64,000 nucleotides of DNA from Candidatus Hydrothermales bacterium. Lineage in GTDB: Bacteria > Hydrothermota > Hydrothermia > Hydrothermales > JAJRUZ01. Shown in pieces: positions 10,355 to 21,773 of this stretch (positions are counted from its first letter, which is position 1; each line of letters begins with the position of its first letter). The translations under genes were made by a program, and so were the position numbers. A model generated the notes under the pieces. It ran no database searches. It had not been told where the DNA came from and worked only from the letters and a program-made list of their open reading frames with translations. The stretch spans positions 1-64,000 of the forward strand of contig JBCNUW010000010.1 in NCBI GenBank assembly GCA_039630575.1, read 5' to 3'.

Positions 10355-10828
10355 ATGAAAATTGCACCAATTGAAATAAGGAATGCTGAATTTCCGAGAA
10401 CCTTAAGGGGTTATGATCCTGAGAAGGTAAGGGAATTTTTAAAGACCGTAGCAGAACAGATGGAAGAACTTGTAAGGGAAAACCTAACATTGAATGAAAG
10501 AATAAGAGACCTTGACAGTAAGGTTGAGGACTATAGGAGGATGGAAAACATCATGAAAGAAGCATTGCTTACGACTCAAAGAACTACAGAAGAACTTAAA
10601 AAGAATGCTCAGAAAGAAGCAGAACTTTTGATATCAAATGCTAAAATTGAATCTGAGAAGATTTTAGAAAATACAAGGAAGGAGTTAAAAAAGTTGAGGG
10701 AAGAGATTGAATTTTTAAAATCAAAAAAAGAAGGTTTTCTATGGGAACTTAAATCACTTCTTGACACCCAAACTGAATGGTTAAATGCTCAGTTTAGACT
10801 ACTCGAGGAACAAAAAAAGAAAATTTAA
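10355..10828 (+). CDS. divIVA: DivIVA domain protein
   Basis: MKIAPIEIRNAEFPRTLRGYDPEKVREFL followed by long coiled coil; follows yggS. Confidence 0.9.
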   Translation: MKIAPIEIRNAEFPRTLRGYDPEKVREFLKTVAEQMEELVRENLTLNERIRDLDSKVEDYRRMENIMKEALLTTQRTTEELKKNAQKEAELLISNAKIESEKILENTRKELKKLREEIEFLKSKKEGFLWELKSLLDTQTEWLNAQFRLLEEQKKKI

Positions 10829-10831
10829 TTT

Positions 10832-11620
10832 ATGAAAGATTTAATTGAATTTTTAAAGAATGAAGGGATTTTAGAAACTGAGATTGGAATTATAGCTGGT
10901 TCTGGTTGGTCTAAGATAGAGGATTTTATAGCTATCAAGAAGCGTTTAAAATATTCTGAAATTAAGGGCTTTCCTATAAGTAAAGTAAAGGGTCATAAAG
11001 GAGAGCTTGTTTATGGAACAATAAGTAAAAGGAATGTAATTTTGTTTTCAGGAAGATTCCATTACTACGAAGGTTACAGTATGAAGGAAATTACTTTACC
11101 TGTGAAAATTTTGAAAGAACTTCAAGGAAAAATACTTGTGGTAACAAATGCTGCAGGGGGCTTAAACCCTTCTTTTGATATCGGAGATTTGATGATAATA
11201 ACTGATCATATTAATTTATTTCCTGAAAATCCCTTAAGAGGAGACCCCACATTCCCATCTATGCTCGATGCCTATGACATTAAAATAATAGAGGAGATTG
11301 AGAGGATAGCAACTAAAAAAAATATAAGTATTAAAAAAGGTGTATATGTAGGTTGGCAAGGACCATCACTTGAAACAAAGGCAGAGTATAGGTTTTTAAG
11401 AATAATAGGAGCAGATGCTGTTGGACTTTCTACTGTTCCTGAAGTTATTATGGCTAAAGCTTTAGGTTTAAAAGTTATAGGTTTTTCAGCTATAACAAAT
11501 ATGGGTCTTGGGGAAAAAATAAAAGATGTAACACACGATGAGGTTTTAAAGGTAGCAGAAGAATGCGCTAAAAAAGCTGGAGAAATTTTAAAAGAATGGT
11601 TAGAGGAGTACTTCTTTTAA
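10832..11620 (+). CDS. punA: Purine nucleoside phosphorylase (trimeric type)
   Basis: GIIAGSG, VKGHKG, GRFHYYEG, TNAAGG, GPSLET, GADAVGLSTVPE. Confidence 0.9.
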   Translation: MKDLIEFLKNEGILETEIGIIAGSGWSKIEDFIAIKKRLKYSEIKGFPISKVKGHKGELVYGTISKRNVILFSGRFHYYEGYSMKEITLPVKILKELQGKILVVTNAAGGLNPSFDIGDLMIITDHINLFPENPLRGDPTFPSMLDAYDIKIIEEIERIATKKNISIKKGVYVGWQGPSLETKAEYRFLRIIGADAVGLSTVPEVIMAKALGLKVIGFSAITNMGLGEKIKDVTHDEVLKVAEECAKKAGEILKEWLEEYFF

Positions 11621-12462
11621 TTTTTCTTATTCCTTTAAGTTGCTACGATCCGATAAAAAGAAGCGAAAAACTCTTAAAAGAGGGAAGATACGATGAAGCT
11701 GAGAGTGTTCTTCTTTATTCCTTAAAGAAAGGTAAATCTTCTCAAGAAATTTTTCTTTTACTTGGCGAAGTTTATGTTAAAAAGAAATTTTACCTATCAG
11801 CTATTAATTATTTTGAAAAAATTCTTGATAAGAAAAAATATAAAAGTAGGTTGTTAAAAAATTTAAGGGAAATTTATAATGAAACAAGGACAAAAGGTTC
11901 TGAAATTGCAAAAAGGGCAATTTTTCTTAGCTTTTTAATTTATCCTGAAAGTTTAACTTTTGATGAGAAAAAATTTGTTGCCTATTTACTTCTTGAGAGG
12001 GAACAGTCAGAGCTTTATAGTTTCTTTGAAAATCTCTTAAATGAAAAATTTGACGATGAACTATATTTGACTTATATAAAATTTTTATATAACAAAGGAA
12101 AAAATGAAAAGATCTTTTATATCTTTGATAAGTTTAAAAATGAAGTTTTAAATTCAAAATTAAGTTTAAATATCCTATTTTATATAGGAACAGCCTATTA
12201 CGAATCGGGTAAAAGATGTTTTGATGAGAAAAAAGTTGATTCTGCAAACTATTATCTCTCAAAATATATAGAAATGGAAATTCCACAAATTTATCTACCT
12301 AAAGCTTATTTCCTAAGAGGTAAACTAAATTTGATAAAAGGAGATACAATTTTGGCTTTTTATGATCTGAGAAAAGTAATTGAGATTTTACCTTTTAAAA
12401 ATTCTGATATAGCTCAAGAAGCAAGAGAAACAATTAAAGAACTAAGATTAAAGGGTTTTTAA
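11596..12462 (+). CDS. TPR-like putative lipoprotein
   Basis: Lipobox-like IPLSC; helical TPR patterns (LLGEVY...AINYFEK, AYFLRG). Confidence 0.6.
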   Translation: MVRGVLLLIFLIPLSCYDPIKRSEKLLKEGRYDEAESVLLYSLKKGKSSQEIFLLLGEVYVKKKFYLSAINYFEKILDKKKYKSRLLKNLREIYNETRTKGSEIAKRAIFLSFLIYPESLTFDEKKFVAYLLLEREQSELYSFFENLLNEKFDDELYLTYIKFLYNKGKNEKIFYIFDKFKNEVLNSKLSLNILFYIGTAYYESGKRCFDEKKVDSANYYLSKYIEMEIPQIYLPKAYFLRGKLNLIKGDTILAFYDLRKVIEILPFKNSDIAQEARETIKELRLKGF

Positions 12463-12463
12463 T

Positions 12464-13756
12464 ATGGAATTTATTGATATAGTAGAAGCTGGTAAGTACT
12501 TAGGAAAAAAAGTGCGTATTAAAGGGTGGCTATATAATAAAAGATCTAAGGGAAAAATTCACTTTCTCATAATAAGAGACGGAACAGGTTTTATCCAGGG
12601 TATTGTTGTAAAGGATGAGGTTGATGATAGGGTATTCAAAATCTACGATGACCTCTCACAAGAGTCCTCAATAATAGTAAGCGGTATTATCAGGGAAGAT
12701 AAAAGGTCACCCTATCTGTATGAAATCTCAATAAGAGATATAGAATTAGTTCAAAAATCCTTTGAATATCCTATACAAAAAAAAGAACACGGTGTGGGAT
12801 TTTTGTTACCTTATAGGCACTTATGGCTAAGATCAAGAAAACAATGGGCTATAATGAGAATAAGACATGAGATAATTAGAGCAATAAGAGATTTTCTCGA
12901 TAACGAAGGTTTTATACTTATAGATGCTCCTATTTTAACACCCTCTGCCTGTGAGGGAACTACAACTCTTTTTGAAACCGACTATTTTGGAGAAAAGGCT
13001 TATCTTTCACAGTCAGGACAACTTTACATGGAGGCGGCTTGTATGGCTCATAAAAAAGTCTATTGTTTTGGTCCTACTTTTAGAGCAGAAAAAAGTAAAA
13101 CAAAAAGACATTTAATGGAATTCTGGATGGTTGAACCTGAAATCGCTTTTGCTGAACTCGATGATATAATCGAACTTTCTGAAAGATTTGTAAGTTATAT
13201 TGTTGAGAGAGTTTTAGATAAAAATAAGGAAGAACTTAAAATACTTGAAAGGAATACTTTAATCCTTGAGAAGATCTCACCTCCTTTTCCCAAAATAACC
13301 TATACAGAAGCAGTTACTAAGTTGAGAGAAAAATTTCCTGAATTTGAATGGGGACAAGATTTTGGTGCTCCTCATGAACACTTTATTTCAACACTTTATG
13401 AAAAACCTTTGGTTATAACTAGATACCCCAAAAAAGTTAAAGCTTTTTATATGAAACCTGATCCACAGAACAGTGAAACAGTTTTATGTATGGATGTTTT
13501 GGCGCCCGAGGGCTATGGTGAAATCATAGGTGGTAGTCAAAGAGAAGATGATTATGACGCACTTTTAAAAAGAATGGAAGAGGAAAAGATGCCAATTGAG
13601 TACTATAACTGGTATTTAGATTTAAGAAGGTACGGTTCTGTTCCCCATTCCGGGTTTGGTCTTGGACTTGAAAGGACAGTTTGTTGGATTTGTGGACTTG
13701 AACATATAAGAGAATCAATACCTTTCCCCCGTTTACTTGAGAGAATCTATCCATGA
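12464..13756 (+). CDS. asnS: Asparagine--tRNA ligase
   Basis: OB-fold N-terminus (RDGTG), [49 protein letters not shown]. Confidence 0.95.
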   Translation: MEFIDIVEAGKYLGKKVRIKGWLYNKRSKGKIHFLIIRDGTGFIQGIVVKDEVDDRVFKIYDDLSQESSIIVSGIIREDKRSPYLYEISIRDIELVQKSFEYPIQKKEHGVGFLLPYRHLWLRSRKQWAIMRIRHEIIRAIRDFLDNEGFILIDAPILTPSACEGTTTLFETDYFGEKAYLSQSGQLYMEAACMAHKKVYCFGPTFRAEKSKTKRHLMEFWMVEPEIAFAELDDIIELSERFVSYIVERVLDKNKEELKILERNTLILEKISPPFPKITYTEAVTKLREKFPEFEWGQDFGAPHEHFISTLYEKPLVITRYPKKVKAFYMKPDPQNSETVLCMDVLAPEGYGEIIGGSQREDDYDALLKRMEEEKMPIEYYNWYLDLRRYGSVPHSGFGLGLERTVCWICGLEHIRESIPFPRLLERIYP

Positions 13757-16700
13757 ATCTCCTTTTTATACTTTTTATTTCGACCTTAATAAAACCTGGA
13801 AATTTTGATAAGAAAATCCTGAATTTTCAAAAAAAATTTGAAATAGTTGAAAGGAAATTTTTAAAGTTTTCTCCCTATCCGGCGGTTAAAGATGCTCAAC
13901 CTCTTTTTAAAAATAAAAAAATAAAATCAAATGTGAAGAAAATATCAGACACTATTAAATTTAATATTCTTGCAATAAGAGTTGGTTTTCAAAAAGAAGA
14001 TCCAGATGACCCATACACAACCGGCAACGGTTGGTTTGATTTTTCTAAAAAAGGTAATCCTGATTCAATTCCTTTTTTCTCTGAACCTCCACATGATAAA
14101 AAGTATTTTGAAACTTACCTTGAATCACTTAGAGCTTATTTATCTTCAATTGGATATGGAAAAATTAAACTTGAGAATTTCGTAGTTAAACCAGATAAAA
14201 ATGATTCCTTTTACATTTTACCACATCCCATGAGATATTACGGTGACCCACTTTATTTTGAAGAGGGTCTTGTTAGACTTCTTATTGATGCCTTACACCT
14301 TGCAGATTTGGATGAGAGTATAAGTTTTATGGATGTTGATAAGAATGGGATTAAGGATTATAAAGAGGGGAAGAAAAATGTATATATAATCTTTCATGCG
14401 GGTTCAACTTGGCAAAGTGATTTAGGTGATACTCCCTATGATATTGCAACTGTAACTATACCACAAGGTGCAATTCATTATTATACTGGAGAAAATTATG
14501 TTATTCTTAATGGAGGTAAAGATACCGTTGTTTCAGGAATAATTCTTCCAGAACAACCTTCTCAGGATGGTTTAGAGGTGGAACTTCAGGGACTTCTTTT
14601 TCACGAGTTTTTTCACGATGCTTTTTATGCCACAGATCTATACGGTGTTAACGGATTATCCTCTGGAGTAGGTTCTTTCTGTGTTATGGGGACAGGTGGA
14701 TGGAATGAGGTTCTATCGAAGGATTTAAACGGTGAGTATCGGTCAGTTTTTGGAGCTATTCCGTCTTTTCCCTCAGCTTGGATGAGGATGTGGATTGATT
14801 ATATTGTACAAGTAATTCCGGAAAAATTCTTTATTCCAGAAGAATGGTCTAAAGATTCTATTTTGCCCCTTTGGGGTTTTTCAATTTATAACGGAATGGT
14901 TGATACTTTTATACCTTATGTTGAGCAAAAAAATTTTTATACTTATGAAGCAACGGAATTCTCAACTGATACGATAAATTTTTTACCTGACTCAATAAGA
15001 TTTCCAAAGATAATCTTTATACCCATTGATGATTATGAGTATTATCTTATAGAATACAGAAATGATTTTTTAGTTTCAAATAATCAGGTTAAAGGTTTTT
15101 TCAAAAACGGAACTTTAATTTCTCCTTACGGATATTGGGACTTTCTTTTACCAGGATCAGGACTTCTTATTTGGCATATTGATGAAAAAACTGTTATTGA
15201 GCACTACTTCGAAGTAAATTCATTTCCACCTTATAAAGGAGTTGATGTTGTAGAAGCAGATGGTATAGGAGATTTTGATAAGTGGACTGAATCTCCTGAG
15301 ACTTTTTACGGAAGCGAGTTTGATCTTTTCTTTAAAGGGTATAAAAATGAATTTTCCTACAAGACTTTCCCTTCGTCAAAGGCAAGATCAGGTGGAAATA
15401 CTTTTATTAAAGTAAGTAACATTTCTGAAAGAAGGAGACATAAAATGGAATTCAATTTAGAAAATAGTTTTTTGAAGTTACATATAAGAAATTATTTACC
15501 TAAATACACAATTCCTTTGAACGGCTTTTTAGCAAGAAAGGGAAATTTTGTAATTTCTTTAATAGGAGGTTTTTTAAACTTAAATGGAGATACCGTGTAT
15601 TTTACTGATGGTTTAAATAAATACTTTTCAGCCTTTTTCATATTTGATACTCTCTCTAATCTTTTAAATGAAATTTATCTAAAACCAATAATTGAAAAAC
15701 CTTTTGCTCTTGCTGATATTGATAATGATTCAATTGATGAAATACTTTATTTAAAAAATAAGAGATTGAGTCTTATAAAACTTAATAGCAATTTTGATAC
15801 TTTAACCTATAAAAATTTGCCTTTTTTTTCTTCTGTTCCAGGAGTTTATGATATAGATAAAGATGGTATAAAGGAAATTTTTCTAGTAGGTGAAGATTAT
15901 TTTTTATACTCATTAAGTGGAAAAAGATTAGATAGTATAATAAGTAAAACATATGCTGGTTCAAAATCTTTATACGGTGTCTCATTTTCTGAGAATCCAG
16001 AGATTATTTATTTTACAGGAATTGACGGTATTCTAAGAGTTTTTGATTCCAGTTTGAATAAATTAGCTGAAATTTTTAGCCCACTTCATGAAATAACAAG
16101 TCTACCTTCAATAACTGCTGATTATGATGGTGATGGGTACCAAGAGATTATGGGTATTAGAGGAAAAGATATTATTTATTTTTATGACCATTTAGAAAAT
16201 AAATTTTATGAAAGAAAAGTGGAAGAGGAAATTAGAAGTTTACCATGTGTCTTTGATTCTGATGGTAATGGACTTCCTGATTTCATCTTTAAAACCGTTA
16301 ATAATGTATACTCTTTCAACTATTTACTCGCTCTAAATAGTGGATTTCCTCTGAAAGTATTAAGTAATTTAGAGGATTACTATTATAGTCCTATCTTATC
16401 AACAGAAAGTGACTTTATCTATTTAGAGAAAAACCGTTTAAATTCATTTAATAAAAATGAAGAACTAAATATAACTGTTTCAAATTTTGGCCTTAAGGAT
16501 ATGTTATTTGATAAAAATGGAAACTTATGTCTTTTATTAGGAACTGGTGAAATAAAAGTCTTTAGTTATGATGTGGTTCCTTTTTATCTTACCTATGGTG
16601 TGAATTTGGAAAGAAACTTTTTATTTGATAGAAGGTTTGAGTATAAAAGTTTTGATGATAAAATTTATCTTATTATTTATCCTTCAATAATAAAAAATAA

Positions 16701-16923
16701 AAGTGGTTTTATAAGAATTTTTACTAAAGAAAGTGGGCAATTAAACTTGAGCTTCTATACTTTTTCAGGTCACAAGATTAAGGATGCAAAAATTTATATA
16801 AGCGATGTTAAGGTAGAAAGAGATATTCCCTATGATTTTTCCTTTCTCACTCCTGGTCCTTATATTTTAAAATGGAGTCTCGGAAAAAGGAGTGGCACCT
16901 TTAAATTTTTTGTTGAAAAGTGA
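13753..16923 (+). CDS. Secreted M6 (immune inhibitor A-like) metalloprotease with FG-GAP repeats and T9SS-like CTD
   Basis: IFHAG, HEFFH...[48 protein letters not shown] repeats; IYPS...FYTFSG...PGPYIL C-terminus. Confidence 0.75.
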   Translation: MNLLFILFISTLIKPGNFDKKILNFQKKFEIVERKFLKFSPYPAVKDAQPLFKNKKIKSNVKKISDTIKFNILAIRVGFQKEDPDDPYTTGNGWFDFSKKGNPDSIPFFSEPPHDKKYFETYLESLRAYLSSIGYGKIKLENFVVKPDKNDSFYILPHPMRYYGDPLYFEEGLVRLLIDALHLADLDESISFMDVDKNGIKDYKEGKKNVYIIFHAGSTWQSDLGDTPYDIATVTIPQGAIHYYTGENYVILNGGKDTVVSGIILPEQPSQDGLEVELQGLLFHEFFHDAFYATDLYGVNGLSSGVGSFCVMGTGGWNEVLSKDLNGEYRSVFGAIPSFPSAWMRMWIDYIVQVIPEKFFIPEEWSKDSILPLWGFSIYNGMVDTFIPYVEQKNFYTYEATEFSTDTINFLPDSIRFPKIIFIPIDDYEYYLIEYRNDFLVSNNQVKGFFKNGTLISPYGYWDFLLPGSGLLIWHIDEKTVIEHYFEVNSFPPYKGVDVVEADGIGDFDKWTESPETFYGSEFDLFFKGYKNEFSYKTFPSSKARSGGNTFIKVSNISERRRHKMEFNLENSFLKLHIRNYLPKYTIPLNGFLARKGNFVISLIGGFLNLNGDTVYFTDGLNKYFSAFFIFDTLSNLLNEIYLKPIIEKPFALADIDNDSIDEILYLKNKRLSLIKLNSNFDTLTYKNLPFFSSVPGVYDIDKDGIKEIFLVGEDYFLYSLSGKRLDSIISKTYAGSKSLYGVSFSENPEIIYFTGIDGILRVFDSSLNKLAEIFSPLHEITSLPSITADYDGDGYQEIMGIRGKDIIYFYDHLENKFYERKVEEEIRSLPCVFDSDGNGLPDFIFKTVNNVYSFNYLLALNSGFPLKVLSNLEDYYYSPILSTESDFIYLEKNRLNSFNKNEELNITVSNFGLKDMLFDKNGNLCLLLGTGEIKVFSYDVVPFYLTYGVNLERNFLFDRRFEYKSFDDKIYLIIYPSIIKNKSGFIRIFTKESGQLNLSFYTFSGHKIKDAKIYISDVKVERDIPYDFSFLTPGPYILKWSLGKRSGTFKFFVEK

Positions 16924-17648
16924 GGACTCTTGTAATTATTCCAACATTTAATGAAAGAGAAAATATAAGTGATTTAATAGAAAAAATTCTTTCTCTTGGG
17001 ATTAACCTTGATATTTTAGTTGTTGATGATAATTCTCCTGACAGAACATGGGAGTTGGTTGAGAATTTGAGTAAAAAAAATAGTAAAGTTAACTTACTTT
17101 TAAGAAAAAGGAAAGAAGGTCTTGGTTATGCTTATCGAGATGGTTTTAAGTGGGCAATTGAAAGAAATTACGATGTTATAATTCATCTTGATGCTGACTT
17201 TTCCCATGATCCATCTGAGATACCCAATTTTATTAAGAAAATTAATGAAGGCTATGATGTGGTTGTTGGTTCAAGATATATAAATGGTGTTACAGTTGTA
17301 AATTGGCCTTTAAAGAGATTGCTTTTATCATACTTTGCCAATCTCTATGCAAGAGTTCTTACAGGTGTTAAAATAAAAGATCTAACTTCAGGTTACAAGG
17401 CTTTTAAGAAAGATGTGGTTGTAAATATTCCTTGGGAAGAGGTTTCAGCTGGTGGATATGGTTTTCAAATTGAAACTGTATACTATCCTAATTTGTTAGG
17501 ATATAGAATATACGAGATGCCAATAATTTTTGTGGAAAGGAGAAAAGGAAAATCCAAGATGTCAAAGAGAATTATATTAGAAGCTTTTTTTCTTGTTATT
17601 AAACTTTTTTTGAAAAGACTTTTTAAAAGGAGGTATAATAAAAAATAA
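16920..17648 (+). CDS. Polyprenol monophosphomannose synthase (GT2, Dpm1-like)
   Basis: IPTFNERENI, VDDNSPDRT, GLGYAY, DADFSH, GSRY, DLTSGY. Confidence 0.9.
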   Translation: MRTLVIIPTFNERENISDLIEKILSLGINLDILVVDDNSPDRTWELVENLSKKNSKVNLLLRKRKEGLGYAYRDGFKWAIERNYDVIIHLDADFSHDPSEIPNFIKKINEGYDVVVGSRYINGVTVVNWPLKRLLLSYFANLYARVLTGVKIKDLTSGYKAFKKDVVVNIPWEEVSAGGYGFQIETVYYPNLLGYRIYEMPIIFVERRKGKSKMSKRIILEAFFLVIKLFLKRLFKRRYNKK

Positions 17649-18073
17649 TGATTTTTTTAATTTTTTTTGCACAGACTATTTCAGGACCTTCACCCTATGT
17701 TCCAGAATATTACGTTTTTCCTACTGAGGATAAAGTATTAATAGAAGTACAGTTATGGGGACACATTTCAAAACCAGGTCTTTATCAGGTGCCTCTGAGA
17801 ACAGATTTGGTTAAACTCATATCACTTGCTGGAGGACCTCTTCCCAGTGCTGATCTAAGAAATGTTGTAATAATAAGAGATGGTGAAAATAGAAGTGTAA
17901 ATGTAGAGAAAATTTTAAAAACTGAGAAGGTTTATCTTGAACCAGGTGATGTTATTATTGTGCCGGCTAACACATCTACAAGGTTCAAAGATATGATAAA
18001 TTTTTTACAAAATGCAGTAACATTTTTAACACAGGTGATACTTATATATACTTTTTTTAAGGCACAGAAGTGA
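17648..18073 (+). CDS. SLBB-domain polysaccharide export protein (minimal Wza-like)
   Basis: VQLWGHISKPGLY, LISLAGG, ADLRNV, LEPGDVIIVP and a C-terminal helix; directly upstream of wzc. Confidence 0.75.
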   Translation: MIFLIFFAQTISGPSPYVPEYYVFPTEDKVLIEVQLWGHISKPGLYQVPLRTDLVKLISLAGGPLPSADLRNVVIIRDGENRSVNVEKILKTEKVYLEPGDVIIVPANTSTRFKDMINFLQNAVTFLTQVILIYTFFKAQK

Positions 18074-20202
18074 CACCTGAAACGTACACTCCTATAGATG
18101 TTAGAAAATATCTCGATGCTCTGTGGAAGAGGAAGTGGGTTTTTCTTTTGTTTTTTTTGGGAGTTCCAGCAGTTACAATGGTTTTTACTTTTGCGACAAA
18201 ACCTGTTTATGAAGCAAGAGCCGTTTTAATTGCAAGGACTTCTGAAGTAAATCCCTTCAATTTAGGATCTTATCAGAATCCAATAAAAAATCAAATTTAT
18301 ATTTTAAATACAGTTAACTTTGCTGAAAAAGTTTGGAATAGAATAAATGAAGATGAGGTTTTAAGTAAGAACTTCGCCTTATTCTTGAAAGATGGAGATC
18401 CTGTTTTTAACATAAAATCAAAAATATCCTATACTTTTGATGAGCAGAATAATCTACTATACATCAAGGTAAGAGGTAATACTCCTAAAGAGACAGCTAT
18501 GTTATGTAATACTGTTGCAGAGGTTTTTATAAAGACTTCTGAAGAGATTGCTAAATCATCTGCACAAGAGGTTGTAAAGTTTCTTGAGGAGCAGATACCT
18601 AAAGTTGAAGCAAATCTACAAAAAATTCAAGATTCATTAAAAAATTTTAAAATCAAAGAAAAGATAACAGATATTAAATCTCAGGGAGAATATTTGAGTG
18701 GTAAATTAAAGCTGATTGATGAAATGTTCGCTAAGGTAGAAGTAGATATTAGAGAAAGGGAAGGGATTCTGAAGGCTTGGGAAAAAAGAAGAGAGGATTT
18801 AGTAAAAAAAATTTCAGAGGGTGAAGGTAGTGGTACAAAGGAGATAATAAATGCCCTTTATGAAAAAATTATAAAGCTTGAAACACAGAAAACCTCTCTA
18901 TTACTTGAGGGTTTTAGTGAAGATAGTAAGGAAATTAGAGAACTTGAAGAGGGAATAAAACAGGTTAAAAGGGAGCTCAAGGAGAAACTTGAAGAAAGTG
19001 CTTTTAAGGAAATTAGTATTACTGAACCTATCAATGAGATTTCAGAAGCTATTAAAAATATTGTTTCCTTGAGTGCTGAATTAAAGGCCCTTCAGGCAAA
19101 GAGAGAGGCGCTCTTTTTGAATAGGGAAACTTTAATGAAGGAGTTTTCAAGATTTCCTGAAAAAGAAATAACTTTTTTAACTTTACAGAGAGATTTTAAC
19201 ATAAATGAAGAGATTTTGATGATGCTTAAGAAAAGGTACGAAGAAGCTAAACTTCAAGAAGTAGGTCAAATTTCAAGCTTTGTTATCGTAGAGCCATCTG
19301 TAACTCCAAGATTTCCTGTTTACCCTAAAAAAAGACAGAATTTACTTTTTGCAATTGTTATTGGTTTTGGTCTTGCCCTCTCTCTTGTTTTCTTGCTTGA
19401 GTATCTTGATACAAGGATAAGAGATGTAGATGAGATCAAAACAAGTTATCCAGATTTCCCTCTCCTTGCTACAATTCCCATGATAAAAATAAACGATACA
19501 GAAAAAGCATTAATAACCGCACATAAAAAGGGTTCACTTTATATGGAAAGTTTCAGAACTTTAAGAAGTAATTTAAAATTTTTAAAAGTAGGTGAAGAAG
19601 TAAAATCGATTTTAGTAACAAGTAGTCAACCTAACGAAGGCAAGACCACAGTTTCTATTAATTTAGCAATAATTTTTCAGATGACAAATATGAAAGCTGT
19701 GATTATGGAAGGTGATTTGAGAAAGCCTGGTCTTCCTAAGATATTTGGGGAAAAAGAACATGGACTAACTGAGTATCTTCTGGGAGAAACAAAAATTAAC
19801 GATATTATTTATGATACTTATCTTGAAAACCTTCATTACATTCCACCAGGTAAAATACCTCCAAATCCTACAGAACTTATCTCTTCTGAGAGATTTAAAA
19901 ATTTAATTAGTGAATTAAAAAAAGAATTTGATATTATATTGGTTGATTCACCTCCCCTAACACTTTTTGTTGATGCAGCTGTAATTGCCTCACATGTTGA
20001 TGGATCTTTAGTAGTTTTGCAATTTGAGTATACAAGGAGAGAGACTCTTGATTATGCAATTTCTTCCCTTTTAAGATCTGGTGGAAAAATTTTGGGCTTT
20101 GTTGCAAATAAGGTAACTCCATCACCCTTTAAAACAAGAGCTTATTACTATTACCCCTATTACAGAAGCTACAAAGAATACGGATATAATATTGAATATT
20201 AA
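18070..20202 (+). CDS. wzc: Polysaccharide co-polymerase / BY-tyrosine kinase
   Basis: Two TM segments, coiled-coil periplasmic region, ESFRTLRSN, Walker A SSQPNEGKTT, DSPP, C-terminal Tyr cluster YYYYPYY. Confidence 0.9.
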   Translation: MTPETYTPIDVRKYLDALWKRKWVFLLFFLGVPAVTMVFTFATKPVYEARAVLIARTSEVNPFNLGSYQNPIKNQIYILNTVNFAEKVWNRINEDEVLSKNFALFLKDGDPVFNIKSKISYTFDEQNNLLYIKVRGNTPKETAMLCNTVAEVFIKTSEEIAKSSAQEVVKFLEEQIPKVEANLQKIQDSLKNFKIKEKITDIKSQGEYLSGKLKLIDEMFAKVEVDIREREGILKAWEKRREDLVKKISEGEGSGTKEIINALYEKIIKLETQKTSLLLEGFSEDSKEIRELEEGIKQVKRELKEKLEESAFKEISITEPINEISEAIKNIVSLSAELKALQAKREALFLNRETLMKEFSRFPEKEITFLTLQRDFNINEEILMMLKKRYEEAKLQEVGQISSFVIVEPSVTPRFPVYPKKRQNLLFAIVIGFGLALSLVFLLEYLDTRIRDVDEIKTSYPDFPLLATIPMIKINDTEKALITAHKKGSLYMESFRTLRSNLKFLKVGEEVKSILVTSSQPNEGKTTVSINLAIIFQMTNMKAVIMEGDLRKPGLPKIFGEKEHGLTEYLLGETKINDIIYDTYLENLHYIPPGKIPPNPTELISSERFKNLISELKKEFDIILVDSPPLTLFVDAAVIASHVDGSLVVLQFEYTRRETLDYAISSLLRSGGKILGFVANKVTPSPFKTRAYYYYPYYRSYKEYGYNIEY

Positions 20203-20267
20203 TTTATAGTAAAATTTAGAAAGGATTTCAATAATTAAATTTATATGTTCTAATTTTAGTTGCAGAA

Positions 20268-21026
20268 TTGAGAAATTTAAGTATGATTGAAATTATTTTT
20301 CTTGGAACAGGTGGAGGAAGAGTTGTTGTTTTTCAGGGTTTAAGGTTAAGTGGGGGTTTATTGATAAATAGTAGAGAATTTTTAATTCATATAGATCCTG
20401 GACCAGGAGCATTAAATGCCCTTTTAAAAAATGGATTTTACCCAAATAAAATAGATTATGTTTGGATTACTCATAAAGATTTAGATCATACGGGAGAATT
20501 AAATATTATAGTGGAAGGAATGACAGAGAGTGGTTTCAAGAAGAGGGGTACTTTATACGCTCCTGAAGAGGTTTTAAAAGAGCATATACTCCTTGAATAT
20601 TTGAGAGAATATCTAAATGAAATTGTTATTATAAAAAATGAAAGTGTTTACTTTATAAAAGATCTTAAATTTATTACATCACCTCCTCATAATCATAGAG
20701 GGGTGGAATGTTATGGCTTTGTTATTGAAAATTACTCTTTTGGCTACCTTGTGGATACAAGACCAGATGAGAAAATTTTAAACTTTTATAAAAATTTAGA
20801 TTATTTGGTTATAAATTGTGTACTTTTAGAACCAAAAGAGGATGTTTATCACATCAGTTTAAAAGATGTTCCTTTTATTTATGAGATAACAAAACCTAAA
20901 AAGTTAATTCTAAATCACTTTGGAATGAAACTTTTAAAGTATGGGTTTAGAAATATCTCAGATTATCTTAAAAATTATAATATTCCCTTTTTAATAGCCT
21001 ATGATAACATGAAGATAGAACTATAG
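20268..21026 (+). CDS. MBL-fold metallo-hydrolase (start may be ATG 20283)
   Basis: FLGTGGGR, IDPGPGAL, THKDLDH, HNH, VDT, LNHFG. Confidence 0.8.
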   Translation: MRNLSMIEIIFLGTGGGRVVVFQGLRLSGGLLINSREFLIHIDPGPGALNALLKNGFYPNKIDYVWITHKDLDHTGELNIIVEGMTESGFKKRGTLYAPEEVLKEHILLEYLREYLNEIVIIKNESVYFIKDLKFITSPPHNHRGVECYGFVIENYSFGYLVDTRPDEKILNFYKNLDYLVINCVLLEPKEDVYHISLKDVPFIYEITKPKKLILNHFGMKLLKYGFRNISDYLKNYNIPFLIAYDNMKIEL

Positions 21027-21773
21027 TTATTTTGATTTTAGAATTTTGATCTTATTTATACGAGATTCAGAAGCATCAATTATTTCAAAGATATATTTTC
21101 CAATTTTTATTTTTTCTCCCTTAGTAGGAATTCTTTTAATTTTTTCAATAATGTAGCCTGCTGCTGTTATGATTTCGTTTTCTTCATTTATTTCTAACTC
21201 AATTAAATTAGAAAGTTCATCTATTGAAATTCTCCCTGAGACTATGTAACCATCTTTAACTTTTTGAGGTTTTTCAATCAGTTCTCTGTCAAATTCATCG
21301 ACTATTTCACCGACTATTTCCTCAACAAGATCTTCTAAAGTGACAAATCCTGTTACATTTCCAAATTCGTCAACAATTAGGGCAAAATGAATTTTCTTGT
21401 TTCTCATTTCCTTCAACGCCTCAAGTGCATTTTTGTTTTCTGTAAAGTAAAATGGAGCTTTCATAATTTCAGTAACTTTTTTGCTTTCATATTCTCTAAA
21501 ATCGATCAATAAAAGTTCTTTAAAAAAAAGAATACCTATCACTTCATCTTTATCCTCCTTTATTACAGGAATTCTTGAGAAGGGGTTTTCTCTAAATATT
21601 TCGAGTGCTTCTTTAATTGTTGCAGTATGCTTTATACATACCATATCTATTCTAGGAATCATTATCTCCTCTAATCTTCTCTCAGAAAGTTTTTTTATTC
21701 CCTCAATAAAGTCCTCTATTTTTTCCTTCTCCAGTGTTTTTGTTTTTTTATTTCTTTTGAATATTTTGAACAT
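21027..21773 (-). CDS. CBS-pair plus CorC/HlyC transporter-associated domain protein
   Basis: EIMIPRIDM, FSRIPV, VDEFGNVTGFVTLEDLVEEIVGEIVDEFD. Confidence 0.85.
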   Translation of the reverse strand: MFKIFKRNKKTKTLEKEKIEDFIEGIKKLSERRLEEIMIPRIDMVCIKHTATIKEALEIFRENPFSRIPVIKEDKDEVIGILFFKELLLIDFREYESKKVTEIMKAPFYFTENKNALEALKEMRNKKIHFALIVDEFGNVTGFVTLEDLVEEIVGEIVDEFDRELIEKPQKVKDGYIVSGRISIDELSNLIELEINEENEIITAAGYIIEKIKRIPTKGEKIKIGKYIFEIIDASESRINKIKILKSK

